A stretch of 64,000 nucleotides of DNA from Callorhinchus milii (taxonomy: Eukaryota): assembly GCF_018977255.1 (NCBI RefSeq), contig NW_024704743.1:13146001-13210000 (forward strand), written 5' to 3'. Made by a program: the position numbers and the translations under genes. Of the stretch, positions 1 through 13,346 are shown one piece after another. Each line of letters begins with the position of its first letter. Within the stretch, counting starts at the first letter, position 1. The notes below the pieces were generated by a model that was not told the origin of the DNA, did no database searches, and was given only the letters and a program-made list of their open reading frames with translations.

Positions 1-1530
1 CGCCCCCCCTCTCCCTGTGCTGCCCCCTCTCCCTGTGCTGCCCCACCCCCCCCCTCTCCCTGTGCTGCCCCCCCTCTCCCTGTGCTGCCCCCCCTCTCCC
101 TGTGCTGCCCCACCCCCCCCCTCTCCCTGTGCTGCCCCCTTCTCCCTGTTGCTGCTGTCCCCCCCCTCTCCCTGTGCTGCCCCCTCTCCCTGTGCTGCCC
201 CACCCCCCTCTCCTGTGCTGCCCCCCTCTCCCTGTGCTGCCCCCCTCTCCCTGTGCTGCCCCCCTCTCCCTGTGCTGCCCCCCTCTCCCTGTGCTGCCCC
301 ACCCCCCCCTCTCCCTGTGCTGCCCCCCCTCTCCCTGTGCTGCTGTCCCCCCCCCTCTCCCTGTGCTGCCCCCCCTCTCCCTGTGCTGCCCCACCCCCTC
401 TCCCTGTGCTGCCCCCCTCTCCCTGTGCTGCCCCCTCTCCCTGTGCTGCCCCCCTCTCCCTGTGCTGCCCCCCTCTCCCTGTGCTGCCCCCCTCTCCCTG
501 TGCTGCCCCCCCCCTCTCCCTGTGCTGCCCCCCTCTCCCTGTGCTGCCCACCACCCCTCTCCCTGTGCTGCCTCCCCCCTCTCCCTGTGCTGCCCCACCC
601 CCTCTCCCTGTGCTGCTGTCCCCCCCCTCTCCCTGTGCTGCCCACCCCTCTCTCCCTGTGCTGCTGTCCCCCCCCCCCTCTCCCTGTGCTGCTGCCCCCC
701 TCTCCCTGTGCTGTGTCCCCCTCTCCCTGTGTTGTGTCCCCCCCCCCTCCCTGTGCTGCTGCCCCCCTCTCCCTGTGCTGTGTCCCCCCTCTCCCTGTGC
801 TGTGTCCCCCTCTCCCTGTGCTGTGTCCCCCCTCTCTCCCTGTGCTGCTCCCCCCCCTCTCCCTGTGCTGTCCCCCCTCTCTCCCTGTGCTGCTGTCCCC
901 CCTCTCCCTGTGCTGTCCCCCCCTCTCTCCCTGTGCTGTCCCCCCCTCTCTCCCTGTGTGCTGTCCCCCCCTCTCCCTGTGCTGTCCCCCCCTCTCTCCC
1001 TGTGCTGCTGTCCCCCCCTCTCCCTGTGCTGCTCCCCCCCTCTCTCCCTGTGCTGCCCCCCCCCTCTCCCTGTGCTGCTCCCCCCTCTCTCCCTGTGCTG
1101 CCCCCCCTCTCTCCCTGTGCTGCCCCCCCCCTCTCCCTGTGCTGTGTCCCCCCTCTCTCCCTGTGCTGTGTCCCCCCTCTCTCCCTGTGCTGCCCTCCAC
1201 CTCTCCCTGTGCTGTCCCCCCCCTCTCTCCCTGTGCTGCCCCCCCCCCCCCCCCTCTCTCCCTGTGCTGCTCCCCCCTCTCTCCCTGTGCTGCCCCCCCC
1301 CCTCTCTCCCTGTGCTGCCCCCCCTCTCTCCCTGTGCTGCCCCCCCCCTCTCTCCCTGTGCTGCCCCCCCCCTCTCTCCCTGTGCTGCCCCCCCTCTCTC
1401 CCTGTGCTGTCCCCCCCCCCTCTCTCCCTGTGCTGCCCCCCCTCTCTCCCTGTGCTGCCCCCCCCCTCTCCCTGTGCTGCCCCCCCCCCTCTCCCTGTGC
1501 TGCCCCCCCCCTCTCTCCCTGTGCCCCCCC
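1..1530. repeat. C-rich minisatellite, unit ~19-24 nt CCCCC(TC)TCTCCCTGTGCTG with variable C-runs
   Basis: Dozens of directly visible tandem copies running off the window start. The three Pro/Cys-rich ORFs here are products of the repeat. Confidence 0.97.
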
Positions 1531-2230
1531 CCGTGTTAATGGCAGGCTTCCCCCCCACCCTGTGCAGAGCTGATGGTCGGGGGGGGGGCAGCGCCGCGGC
1601 CCTGCGGCTCCTGGTCAGTCAGACCCAGTCAGTCCGCTGGTCAATCCGGAAGTAGTCGGGCTGCCGCGGTTCAGAGAAAACGGGAAGACACCGGATCAGC
1701 GGAGAGAGAGAGAGAGAGAGAGAGATGGCAAAGCGGCCACGGGAGCGGGACTGACCTGGTGCATTGGCCCTGGAAACGATCGACCGGTTCAGACTAAAGC
1801 CAGAGCCTCTGCTCTGCTCTCATCCCCCCACTCCCCCCCTCTCCCTCCCACTCCCTCCCAGAACAACACAATTCCACATCTTACCGCCGCAATTTATTTC
1901 ATACAGTACCACAAAATAACAATGCAGAGCTTTGCACTCATTGTGATCCCTCGGTTGGTTGGTTGGTTGGTGGGACTGGACGGGGTGGGGTGGGGTGGGG
2001 TGGGGGCTCCACCCTCGCACGGTCAGTCACTACACGATGCACTTGCGTTCCGCATTCATTTGTAATGTATTTGTGTTGCTTGTTGGCTTACCCCAGGCCG
2101 ACACTCCCTCCAGCCTCTCCCACACACGCGGGTACGTGTGTACAGCTGTCAACATCTGCCCTCAGACCCATTCCGAGCCTATTTGAACCCAAACGGAGCA
2201 GCGTTTCACTCTTCAGTTGCGTGTAGATTT
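1531..2230. promoter_or_regulatory. CpG-rich promoter-like segment, with a possible minus-strand non-coding first exon
   Basis: CpG density is high relative to the rest of the window. ETS motif CCGGAAGT at 1646-1653, a (GA)n tract, and a minus-strand donor-like GCG|GTAAGA at 1885/1884. Confidence 0.55.
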
Positions 2231-3013
2231 GAAATGAATTATGTATATATTTTTTTTTGCAAAACAATTTAGTTACGTCTCACATCAAGTAAATGCGATT
2301 CACGAGACCTGGACTGAAGTCACTCATGAAATCCACGCCATGAGCTTCCCATAATGTGATCCAACATCAATAACTCTCCCCACCAGTCGGTAACGCCGGA
2401 GGGAGGATGTTACAGCACTGGTATCTGAGCCTCTGGCATCAGGAGGAGACCAGGGCAATCCTGGCAGCTGCTTGTGAAGGCTATCGATTTTTTTCCCGGA
2501 CATTTCCTTCTCTGCCCTCCCCAAGCCACTGAATGACACACACTAAAGCTGAAGGGAAGGTAGTGCCCCCACTACCTCACCCAACTGGCCATCCTAAACA
2601 CACTGAGACCTCGGCAGCAACTGTTGACATGTTACTTAGCCATAGTCCGCCAACATCATGTCCTCAACATACACACATATATTCACTCTGTTGTCAAAAC
2701 CCCTGAATAGTGATAGGGAACACCAAACAGTTAGAACAAGGAGGAGGTCATTTGGCCCTTTGAGCGTGTTCTGCCATTTTAATCCTATTTCCTCATCTTT
2801 CCCCACATCCCTCAATACATTACCGTCTGGCTTTAAAACATCCCACTCAATTCTGCATCTGATTTATTTGCCGCCTTTGCCTGGGGCACTGAAATGAACT
2901 GTAGCAGCCTTACTATGTTTACCTGCAAGTGCACTGTCACTACACTTTATAGTAAATCCTGTGAAGCACTTTGACAATGTGATAAGGCACTACATTGAAT
3001 GCAAGTATTATTA

Positions 3014-3626
3014 GTCCTGTAGAGTATCGGTTAGAGCACTCGCCTCGCAAGCGAGAGAATCTGAGTAAGATTCTCAGGCAGGGTGAAATCTTAGGCAAAT
3101 TTCCTTACTCCACACGCCTCTGTCTGCCTAGGAGTAAGTAGGAACCTGGTTGTTAATTGATTGGTCGATCGCTTTTCCTGGGGAAATAATCCCTGCAAAC
3201 AATGTTTTTTAAAAAATTGGTCACTCAATCCATGACTGTTTGTGGGACACTGCTGTCCACAATTGGTTGCTGCATAGAGTCCTGTAGCTTTGTGGTTAGA
3301 GCACTCACCTCGCAAGCGAGAGGACCTGGTTTTGATTCCCAGCAGGACGATATGTTGGGCAAGTTTCCTTACACAGGTTGTTAGTCGATTGCCAGATTGC
3401 TTTTTCGGAGTTAATAATTCCTTCAAAGTAACTAAAAATAATTTGGTCACTCAATCCACGACTGTTTGTGGGAAACTGCTGTGCAAAATTGGCTGCCACG
3501 TTTTGCCTACAAAATATTCTGTGAAGCACTTTGAGATAGGTGAAAGGCACTATAAAATGTAAATTTTGTTGCTTGCTGTCTCAAAGATGTGATAAGTCGC
3601 CATATTAAATGCAAGGATTATTATTA
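3014..3626 (+). mobile_element. tRNA-derived SINE, head-to-tail dimer (chimaera SINE2-type)
   Basis: Two tRNA-like heads (GGTTAGAGCACTCRCCTCGCAAGCGAGAG) at ~3014 and ~3277, shared body, tail AAATGCAAGGATTATTATT. Same family as 41682-42097. Confidence 0.85.
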
Positions 3627-4099
3627 CTGCATTGACTTGGAGGTCAGCACAAACCAGGAATCTAAAAATCTGGGCCCTTCATGCACTGTATATACATTTA
3701 ACCACTGACATTAATTATGGCAACATTTAAGACATCAGCAAACAAATTAGAACTAGCACAATTTCATAATTAACTGGACTTTGAACAAAAAATAATATCA
3801 CATTCGATGGAAATCAAATCTGTTCAAAATTTCAATTAATGAAAAAAGCTAATAATAATAATTGTTGCATTTTCATTGTCAGGAGGACATCTTAAAGTGC
3901 TTCACAAGGTAAAGGGTAATGGTGTAGGCTGCAGTGGCAGTCTACACCAATTTTATGCATGTCTCATAAATAGCAATGAAGTGAGTGACCAAATTTATTT
4001 CGTGGATTGTTGTCCATGACACTGGGAGAAACTCTCTTCTCTTTACAATAGTGCTATGGGATGTAGGTGTAGCCTGACTCGGTTAGGAGCACTCTTGAC

Positions 4100-4124
4100 N
4101 NNNNNNNNNNNNNNNNNNNNNNNN
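4100..4124. other. Assembly gap (25 N)
   Basis: Run of N. A single N also occurs at 43812. Confidence 1.
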
Positions 4125-5133
4125 AAGTGCGTCATGGAACATTCCAAACATTCTCCTCCCTTCAGCTTTTAATCAAAGCACACGTTCCACATTACTAGTC
4201 CACACAAAACACAGCATTTAGACCACACAGCATTAGCTTCATATTCTCTTAAAAGTGTTCAATAATAGTGATGTGGTAACTATTTGTCTTAATTTAAACA
4301 TGCTTTGATAGGATTTTGCAATTTTTTTTGCATATGTTAGGTTTTTAAAAAACACCAAAAATGGTAAGGGGGAAAGAGAAGAGATTTCAAAACACTACAA
4401 GCATTACAAGAATTGTAACGCCTTCATAAAAGTCACACTTTTATCTGGTGGGGTAAGAAGAAAAAGAAAATCCATGCAACATTTTGTGGGAAATTCCTCA
4501 CAAGTGATGTAATGATCTGTTTCAATACAATTAATGTCCTTGCATTGGGCTAAGCTCATCTCCCTTTACCTTTTTTTCTTTGAGCCAGTTTACCCCCCCA
4601 GCGACTTTAAAGCTCACCTTAAGGCCTTTTCTCGACAATATTTTCAGTCACCTTCCCCCTAAACTTTCCTCCGCTACGTCCCACTCCAGTCAGCTCCGAA
4701 ACATCCTTCCAACATGAAAGGTGCTACATAAAGGTACATTCTTGTTGTTGTAATATTCCTTTAAAGTGTTATTAGCTTCTAGAGGTAACGCTTATATTTA
4801 TATTGTAAGAGTAACTAAATTGGGTAAATAGTTTCAGTGATGCACTGTATTGGTGTGTTACACAAATGTGGGGAGTAAGGCTGTTTTATACAGGCTCTTT
4901 CCAATGAAGTAAAGACTTTGGGCATCCCCACTCCTGCTGCACTGGATAACACTCGTACAAGTACAGGGACTGGCTCTAATGCTGTTGATTTACCAAGTAT
5001 ATTAAGAAGCAACTATTACAATTTCAGTGCAATGATATTATGAACCCAGTGTCCAGCAGAGTTTCCATTACAAGTCTCCAGATGGTGCATTAGTATTTTG
5101 ATTAGTTCCTCAAAGAGAGTGACAAATAAGATC

Positions 5134-5480
5134 CTCCAATGGCCTAATGGGCAAATGCCTGGTGAGCATAGGCACATGCAGACTTGAATGCAGCAGGTTT
5201 GAATGCCAATCTGTGTTGAGTTAGTTCAGTCACAGCAGTATGTGAGATGCTATAATTGATCCCAGTACCCCTAGGATTTGGGAAGTGGGAAATTCAGCCA
5301 AAATTCCTGATCATTGTTCCGAGGCTTCTGCTACACGATGCACGTTTATGGGCATCAAGTAAAACTGGATCATAATCAATTAGGTACCAACACTTAACTG
5401 TCAGAGCTCGTCTATGAATAATAATTTTTCAGGCAGGGTATCAGAGGGCAATCAGCAGCATACCATATGTCAATGAAAGA
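5134..5480 (+). mobile_element. Old SINE-like interspersed repeat; other degraded copies near 9487-9680 (+), 19930-20440 (-), 25980-26190 (+), 2430-2660 (-)
   Basis: Copies share degenerate motifs (CTGTGYTGAGTTA, AAAWTCAGCCARRRTTCCTG, CCTGYTGGAAAG). Family name not assigned. Confidence 0.55.
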
Positions 5481-8459
5481 AAAAGTTCAATAGCTCAGAC
5501 AGAAACCAGAGAAAACTGGAGGGAAAAAGTGATAAATTTACAACACCTCAGCAAACACCGGTAATCCTACAAATCTAGCCACTCCCTTCGCTATGCTTCA
5601 AGCCCCCTACCAACTTCGCTCCACTATTGGTGGGTAGGCTTTCAGCCACTTTACAGTAAGTACGTTGCACAATTTGCTTCCATAAATTATCCAACACATT
5701 TCCATTCAGCTCCTGTTAACCCTGCAAGCCAAAGTCACCCACAAAATATACATTCAATTCACTTTTCAGTATATTGTGTGAAGCGTTTTGAGACATCTCA
5801 AAGACATGGTAAGGCACTATATCAAATGCAAGGATTATTATAAGTCCTAACCGGTAGGGTGGTCCTAGCTGGGCAAACAGCAGGAAAACCTGCCAGTGCT
5901 ATCAATGCTAAACTATGAGTTTTTAGCTGGTTAGACTTCAGTAGTACCCCAACACAAACTCTGGGGTCCCCAAGCCTTGGCTCTTGCCAACCTGCCCTTA
6001 ACACTTTCTGGAATTAGGTAAGCAATGGTCCCTTCAGGGAGAGAGAGTGCGCATTCCATTCCAACAATCTCTCTCTGGAATTTCCATGTGTAGGTCAGGA
6101 TGCATGAAATTCACAATTTGGTTTGGATACTCTTAAGCATGGTTATGGGTTTTTCGCATGTGTCAGTCACCCGGCTGGCCAAAATAAAAAAAATAATTTG
6201 CATATTTTTCTAGTTAATACAACTTTATTTTCAAATTATTACACACGAGTCAGTAAATTCATCACTTCACAATCCTATAGGTCGATCTGTTGATATTGGT
6301 ACTTTCCACTTCTATTCTTTCAACTGTTATTTCATAAAACACACAAGCTGTTTCAGTGAAATCCTTCACATCATCTGAAACCAAATAATACTCAAATCTG
6401 ACACCTTCAGTTTCCATACAAGAAATGTAAAGGAAGATGCCAAAACAGCTCAATAGTTTCACAAAACGACAGCTAAAGAATGGAAACCATAACATGAATA
6501 TTTAGCTGGGCTTATGGACTGCAGCAAATATATTGCCAATACAGGGCAACTCCACTACAATAGTCCTCCCTGTAACTTGATTGGATTGTGCATCCAAACA
6601 CGTTTTAAGTAAAAAATCAAATTCACTATCCACACACTGTCACAATAAAAAAATGACCAATGGTCATCAGGTTGCCACTAATGTCACTTCCGGTATGATG
6701 CGCAGGCAAGCTATCTGCAAGAAGGTGACATCAGCAGCACCCAGTATACCAAGTGCATGCACATCACACAGGAAGTGGCATTAGCAGCACTACTTCTACA
6801 TATTGAAGTTACCTAACAACCAAAACGGGCCAGTTTAGAATATGGAGCCAGACAACCATGGAGTTGTCCTCTGGAAAGTCGTAGCTAAAATTGTCTCACC
6901 TCTCAGAGGTTTGGGATGAACCTGTTTCCGACGTGGCATGTTCCAGCCTCAAGAGATTAGAGACGGAGGAGAGGTATGGCGGAGAAGCCGCCAGCCACAG
7001 ACCAAACACCATCAAATAACTGGAAGGAAAAAAAAATGTTGTTTTCAAAACGTATATAAAGAAACCTCTTTCATAAAAAAAAATGTAAAAGGCAAAAAAA
7101 CTGAGATTAGCTTCAGTTTGGTTAAATTTAATGAAATAGTGTCAAACTGCTGAGATTTCGAGTTAAAATAATACCATTCGTTATATTTGGCATAATCATG
7201 TTTGCAAATGACCGACATCGGATGTCCCAGAGCGCTTCACAAGATGTACTGCAAAGTGTAGTGACTGTGTGTTTTGTGGGTAAAAGCAGCAGCTAATTTG
7301 TACACAACAATGTCCCACAAACAGCCATAAGTGAATGACCAATTATATTGGGGAATTATTAATTGAGAAATTATTTTTTCTTTTTTAAATAGTGCCACGG
7401 GATCTTTAATGTCCACCTGAACAGGCAGACAAATTGAGAGAAATTCGGGAAAATTCCAAATACATTAGAGATAGATCTGAGTTCAGCACTCTCATCCATA
7501 TCAATAAATGTTAGTCCAAGCCCCTCGCGACGACTTGAGCTCAAGTATAAGATGGCATTCCAGTTCAGTAATGGGGAGCTGAAATGTTAGAAGTGCCTTC
7601 TGGCAGATGAGATATTAAACTGAAGCCGTCTTCATGTTCTGTAGAAGGACGATAAAGGTCCCACAAAAACTTCAAAAAACAAAAAGGAATTCCTAACATG
7701 ACCAGGCAAAAAATTCTCCAAATAAATTAGTCATTCACCTTATGACAGTGGGACCTTGATGGCGCAAATGGCATTTTTGTTTGTTGACCTGTTTGTTACT
7801 GCCGGGCTGTGTCCCAGTGCGCTTAACAATGGTGGAGTCCAATGCCAAGCCAGGGGGAGGACGAAGGTCTAGATAAACCATCACAAGAAGCATCCAAAGC
7901 CAGATATAGATTTGCTGGTGGCCAAACTAAAGGTGGCACTAGAATAGGTACTTTTAGCTAAACTAAAGAGCGAGGACATTTAACTTTATAAACATAAGAT
8001 GGCCTCTGGATTGCAACATCAGGCTAAGTTTTTATAGATGAAGAGAAATGGCTATCTGAGATTAAGGAGCATGTGGATATATTTAAGTACTTTGGGATAT
8101 CCTCCCAATGTGAATACTGCTATACAAATGTAAATTTGATTTGTATATTCTGTGCAATCACTACTAATGATTATTTTGGTTTTGAAAATCAAGTTCCCCA
8201 GCTTAGCTACCTCCACAGAGAAAGAACACAGAGAAAGGAGGAATGGTTACAGAGATGAGGAGTGAAGGGGGGCAGTCAGAGGGGAGTGGAGGATGAAGGA
8301 AGAATGGTCAGGGGCCAGGAGAGGGGCCATCAGCAGCAGTGGGTGGGGTGGGCAGGAGCCAAGAAGGAGGTTGCAGTGGTCACAGTGGGGCGAGGGTGGA
8401 GTGTGGTATTAGCCCTCCCTCTCTCTGGTGCTTGTCTGGGGGCTGGGATTTCCTTGATC

Positions 8460-8785
8460 TTCCTGATTGGTGTCCAGGCTCTGGGCTCTGTTATTACACT
8501 CTCTCTGTCAGTCTGTCTGCCCTTTGTTGTTGTCCAGTATCTGAGCTCTGCTATTGCTTTCTCTCACTGATTGTCATCCAATGTCTGGGGACTGATATTA
8601 CCTATTTCTCACTGGTCGTTGTGCAGTATCTGAGCTCTGTTATTTCCTGTCTCTCTGTTCTGTCCAGTGCCTAAGATGTAGTATCACCTTTCTCTCTGAT
8701 GGTTGTCCAGTGTCTAGGCTGTCCTATTACCTCTCTCTGGGTGATGTCCAATGTCCAGGTTGTGCTATCACCTCTCTCTCTGTCT
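8460..8785. repeat. Degenerate tandem repeat, ~40-45 nt unit (GTTGTCCAGTRTCTGRGCTCTGYTATTACCTYTCTCTCTG)
   Basis: About seven diverged copies visible. Confidence 0.75.
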
Positions 8786-9954
8786 TGAGTCAGAAGGTTG
8801 TGGGCTCAAGCCATATGTCGAGGCGGGGCCTTGGACGAGACGTTAAATCAAAATCCTGTCTGTGCCTGTTCAGGTGGATGTTAAAGACCCAATGGAACTA
8901 TTCATGAAGAGAAGGAAGTTTATCTCCGTGTTCTGGCCAATAATTAAATTGGTTATTCATTTCATGGCTGTTTGTGGGACATTGCACATTGGTTGCTGCA
9001 TTGGTCTAAAAATACACAGGCACTAATTACACTGCACAGTTAACTCCTGTGTAGGTTAGTATTCCCTGCTGTTTTATAATAATAATAATAAAAATAATCC
9101 TTGCATTTGCTATAGCGCCTTACCACATCTTCGAATCATCTCAAAACGCTTCACAGAATGGCTTTAGGCATGCTATTTCCCTGCCAGTCGAAGGAGCCTG
9201 TCCTCTATTTGCACACCAGAAGCCTTTTCTGAATTCCACGGAACTGAAACAAAAATGTAAACTCCTAAATTGTCAAAACACTCAGCCATTCACAAACGTA
9301 GGTAATCATGTCTACTTTTACTTCAACATAAAAGAATCAATGTGATCAAAATAAATTCTGTAGTTCAAGACAATCCATCTGAATTGAGCAACAAATAATA
9401 GCCAAGAAGGACTTAGGATATAATAAGCTCCACTGATACCTAATTTGGTTAAAGCAGCTGTGTGAAATTCAGGCAGACAGATCAGGAAAGTCCCAGTCAG
9501 CTTCAATTCCTCCAGCTGTGCTGATTTAACTCTTCTCAGCCAGGGCAGCAGTTGGGGCTCTACGGTTGAACTCAGTAACTGGGAAGGAAAAGAACCAGCC
9601 AGAGTTTTGCCTGCCAGAGACTCCTGTTGGAAAGGCTGTGAAGTACATATGTGGATATTATGGATGGACAGAATTGGACTTAATAATAATAAGCCTTGCA
9701 TTTGATATAATGCCTTATCACGTTGTCAAGACATCTCGAAGGGCTTCGCAGTATATACTGTAAAGTGAATTGTCGGGTGGCAGCAATAACCAAAACACAA
9801 GGCAAGGAGAGTATGAGAGCAACAGTCAGAATATAAACAGTGATAAAGATAACATAAATACTACAGGAAGAAAAAAGATAATAGGAAGTTATTAAAAAGG
9901 TTTAATTAGTCAAAATGTGTGAGAAGAACATCGTCAAGGCATATAGGCATGTTG

Positions 9955-12110
9955 GGGACAGTTACCCAAATAAGAGTTATGTATACAAATGCACGTAGCA
10001 TAAGAAAAAAAACAAGTGAGTTAGAAACACACATTCATCTTAAAAGGTATGATGTAGCAGCCATTACAGAGACCTGGTTACAAGCTGGACAGGACTGGGA
10101 GCTAAATATTCCAGCCTATAAGATCTTTAGAAAAGACAGGGATATTGGGAAAGGAGGAGGAGTAGCAATATTGATAAAAGACACTATTACAGCAGTGGAA
10201 AGGAAAGATTTCAGTAAGAACGATCAGGTCATGGGAACACTGTAGGTAGAATTAAGGAACAGTAGAAGTGGTAAGACTCTGTTGGGCTTAGTCTACAGAC
10301 TCCAAAGAGTTGTGATGTAGTGGGGAAATGTATAAATATGGAGATCAGGGAAGCATGTAGCAAAAGAAATGTGGTTATAATGGGAGATTTTAATTTTCAC
10401 ATACAACAAGATTACACTTGTATAGCGCTTTTCATGTCGGGAGGACGTCCCAAGGCTGGATAGTGTACAGCATTTCATACCCGAGCTGGGGTCAGGGAGG
10501 GGGAAGAGGAGGGTCTTGAGGTGGGACTTACCTACCTACCTACCTACCTACCTGCCCGTACCCTCCGTTCCTCTGGCTCCGGTCTGCTCCACATCCCCCG
10601 CCCCAACCGCCCTACCATCGGTGGCCGGGCTTTCAGCCTCTCAGCCCCGAGGCTCTGGAACTCTATCCCCCAGTGCCTTTGCCTTGCTTCCTCCCTTTCC
10701 TCCTTCAAGGCCGGTCTCAAGACCTTTCTCTTTGACCGTGCCTTCAGCTCTCCTCTCGATCTCTACCCCCTCCTCGCTCCCTCCCTTCCCTCCCCTAATC
10801 CTGACCATTTCCCCCCTGCTCGGGTCCTGACCCAACTGTACAGCGCCTTGGGACGTCCTCCCGACGTGAAAGGCGCTCAATAAATGGAATCTTGTTGTTG
10901 TTGTTGTTGAAGGAGGCTAAGGCGGGTGTGAGGTGGAGTGATTGGGGGATGGAATTCCAGAGGTTAGGGGCAGAGTGGTTGAAGGATCTCTCGCCAATGG
11001 TGGGGCGGGTGGATCGGGGGACGTGGAGCAGGCCGGAGCCAGCTGAGCAGAGGGAGCGGGCGGGTTAATAAGGGGTTAGGAGGTCACAGAGGTAGGGTGG
11101 GGCGAGGCCATGAAGGTGAGGACCAGGATTTTGAACTGGATCCTCTGAAGGATAGGGAGTCAATAGAGTCGGGCGAGAATGGGGGAGATGGGGTCATGGA
11201 GTTTGGTGCAGGAGAGGACACGGGCTGCAGAGTTCTGGACTATCTGCAGCCTGTAGAGGGAGGAGTTGGGAAGGCCGACAAGAAGGGCATTTGCATAGTC
11301 GAGCCTGGAGGTGATGAAGGCATGAACAAGAGTTTCAGCGGCCTGAGGGGTGAGATAGTGGCAGAGTCGGGCAATGTTAAGGAGGTGAGGGAAGGCAGAA
11401 CGGGTCATGGCTTGGATGTGGGGAAGAAAAGACAGTTGAGGGTCGAACAAGATACCCAGGTTCCTGACTGGCTTGGTAAGTTGTAGTGTGCAACCATGAA
11501 GGTTGATGCTGCCAGAGCCTGACTGGGAGAAGCAGGACACCTCAAGTAGTGAAAGCAAGACATTTCTAGAATGAATTCAGGAGAGTTTTCTGGCACAATA
11601 TGTTTTACAATCAACAAGGGAACAGGCCATACTGGATTTGGTGACGAGTAATGAGCCAGAACTAGTTAACAATCTTGCAATCTTGTAAGGGAACATCTTG
11701 CAAATAATGATCATAATATGACTGAATTTGACACTGGATTTGATAGGGAGAAGGGAGAGTCCCAAACCAAGGTTTTAAATTTGAGTAAGGCAAACTTCGA
11801 TGGGATGAGAAATAAATTGACCACAGTAAACTGGGCTGAACTTACCTACAGACGAACAATGGGATGTATTCAAATAAGTATTTGATACAACACAGAACAA
11901 GTACGTATCCCTAAAATGCCAAAGCTCCAATTGTGTAGTTAAGCAACAGTGGTTGGTAAACGAGGTTAGAGACTGTATTAAGCTAAAAGAAAAGGCTTAC
12001 TCAAATGCAAAAAAAGTGGGAATGTAGAGGACTGGGAGAACTACAAAAGGCAACAAAGGAATACAAAGAAAGTAATGAGGAGCAAAAAGTGAACATGAAA
12101 AAAACTTTGC
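9955..12110 (+). mobile_element. CR1 LINE ORF2 5' fragment (APE endonuclease), interrupted by nested L2 copies at ~10403-11545
   Basis: Translation YTNARSI...YDVAAITETWL...FRKDR..GKGGGVAIL is a CR1 endonuclease. CR1-like sequence resumes at ~11550 (ILDLV.SNEP). Confidence 0.85.
10403..11545 (-). mobile_element. L2 LINE 3' fragment (minus), itself interrupted by a plus-strand L2 3' end at ~10520-10909
   Basis: ORF HAFITSRLDYANALLVGLP...QNSAARVL is the L2 ORF2 C-terminus. (CAA)n/(TTG)n tails are present. Confidence 0.9.
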
Positions 12111-12984
12111 CTGAACTTATACTGATACACACTTCCACCAATGCTGGCTGCCCTCCAGTATCTCACCCTAGTGACTAACAGGCTGGATAGTTAGTGCAAC
12201 AGTCCTCAAGACTTCTTTTTTCAATTGTTCTGTGGGTCTGTGTATAGTTAGGTGTTCATTTTATATTAAACATATCGTGTATTTACACGATAGTAATTTG
12301 ATGAAATAAGTGAATGAGCTATTCAAAGCAAGCAATTATACAAGTTCAAATATTTCATCAAATTATTTCAACATGAGTGAAAATAAAGGTTTTGAATTTT
12401 ACATCCATTTGATGTAAAATGCAAAACACAGAATGCAAGTGTTACATGGCACTGACACTTGGAAAATAACTAGATAAAGAATTGATGTTAACATTAATAA
12501 CTTGATAAAGTTTATAATTAACAACAACAATAAAATTACATTTGTGTAGCACCTTCCATGTCGGGAGGACGTCCCATTTTTAATTTGATAGAATATATAA
12601 AACACAATCATTATTCTAATATTATTATGATAATCATTATAATATCCATCACATCACTGAAGATGCTAAGAATTGGATTACAAAGAGTTAACTGTTCAAC
12701 TCACCTTCCACAGGGCCACCTAATGGCTGAGGAAAAGGAACAGCTTTTGAACCCTTGGATATGAAATACCAATGGAATTTCACTTATGGAAATCTTGGTC
12801 CAGATATGAATTGATACAAGTGAACCCCAAATTGAAACAGTTTTGCACATATGCAACATTGGTTATAAATAATATTCAATAGAGAAACGAGATAAAAGAA
12901 TAAGTATGGGATGTTTTTATATCTCTGAAATTGACTGTTTATTGATGAAATTCTAGGGACCAAAATAAATTGCAGTTTTTGATA

Positions 12985-13346
12985 CTGCCTACCAACCTGC
13001 CCACTCCCTCTGCTCATCAGCCTCCGATCTGCTCCATGTCTCCAGCCCGACCCGCCCTACCATCGGTTGCCGGGCTTTCAGCCTCTCTGCTCCCGCACTC
13101 TGGAACTCCATCCCACGGTCCCTTCGCCTTGCTTCCTCCCTTGCCTCCTTCAAGGCCGGTCTTGAAGGATGCAAGACCCTTCTCTTCGATCATGCCTTTG
13201 GTCTCCCTCCCACCTCTCTGCCTTCCCTCACCCCTACACCACCCCTCCCCCATGCTCAGGCCCCGACATCGGACTGTTCAGCGCTTTGGGATGTCCTCCC
13301 AATGTGAAAGGCGCTCTATAAATGTCATTTTGTTGTTGTTGTTGTT
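12985..13346 (+). mobile_element. L2 LINE 3' end
   Basis: CTCTGGAACTCCATCCC motif and tail GAAAGGCGCTCTATAAATGTCATTTTGTTGTTG. Confidence 0.9.

Noticed and set aside
17..1655. Three ~500-aa Pro/Cys/Leu-rich ORFs
   Set aside because: All three frames are open only because the minisatellite lacks stop codons; no ATG start or domain.
12704..12925. Minus-strand exon-like segment (TTTCAG| ... AAG|GTGAGT)
   Set aside because: Stops in all three frames and no recognisable protein; it could only be non-coding and has no other support.
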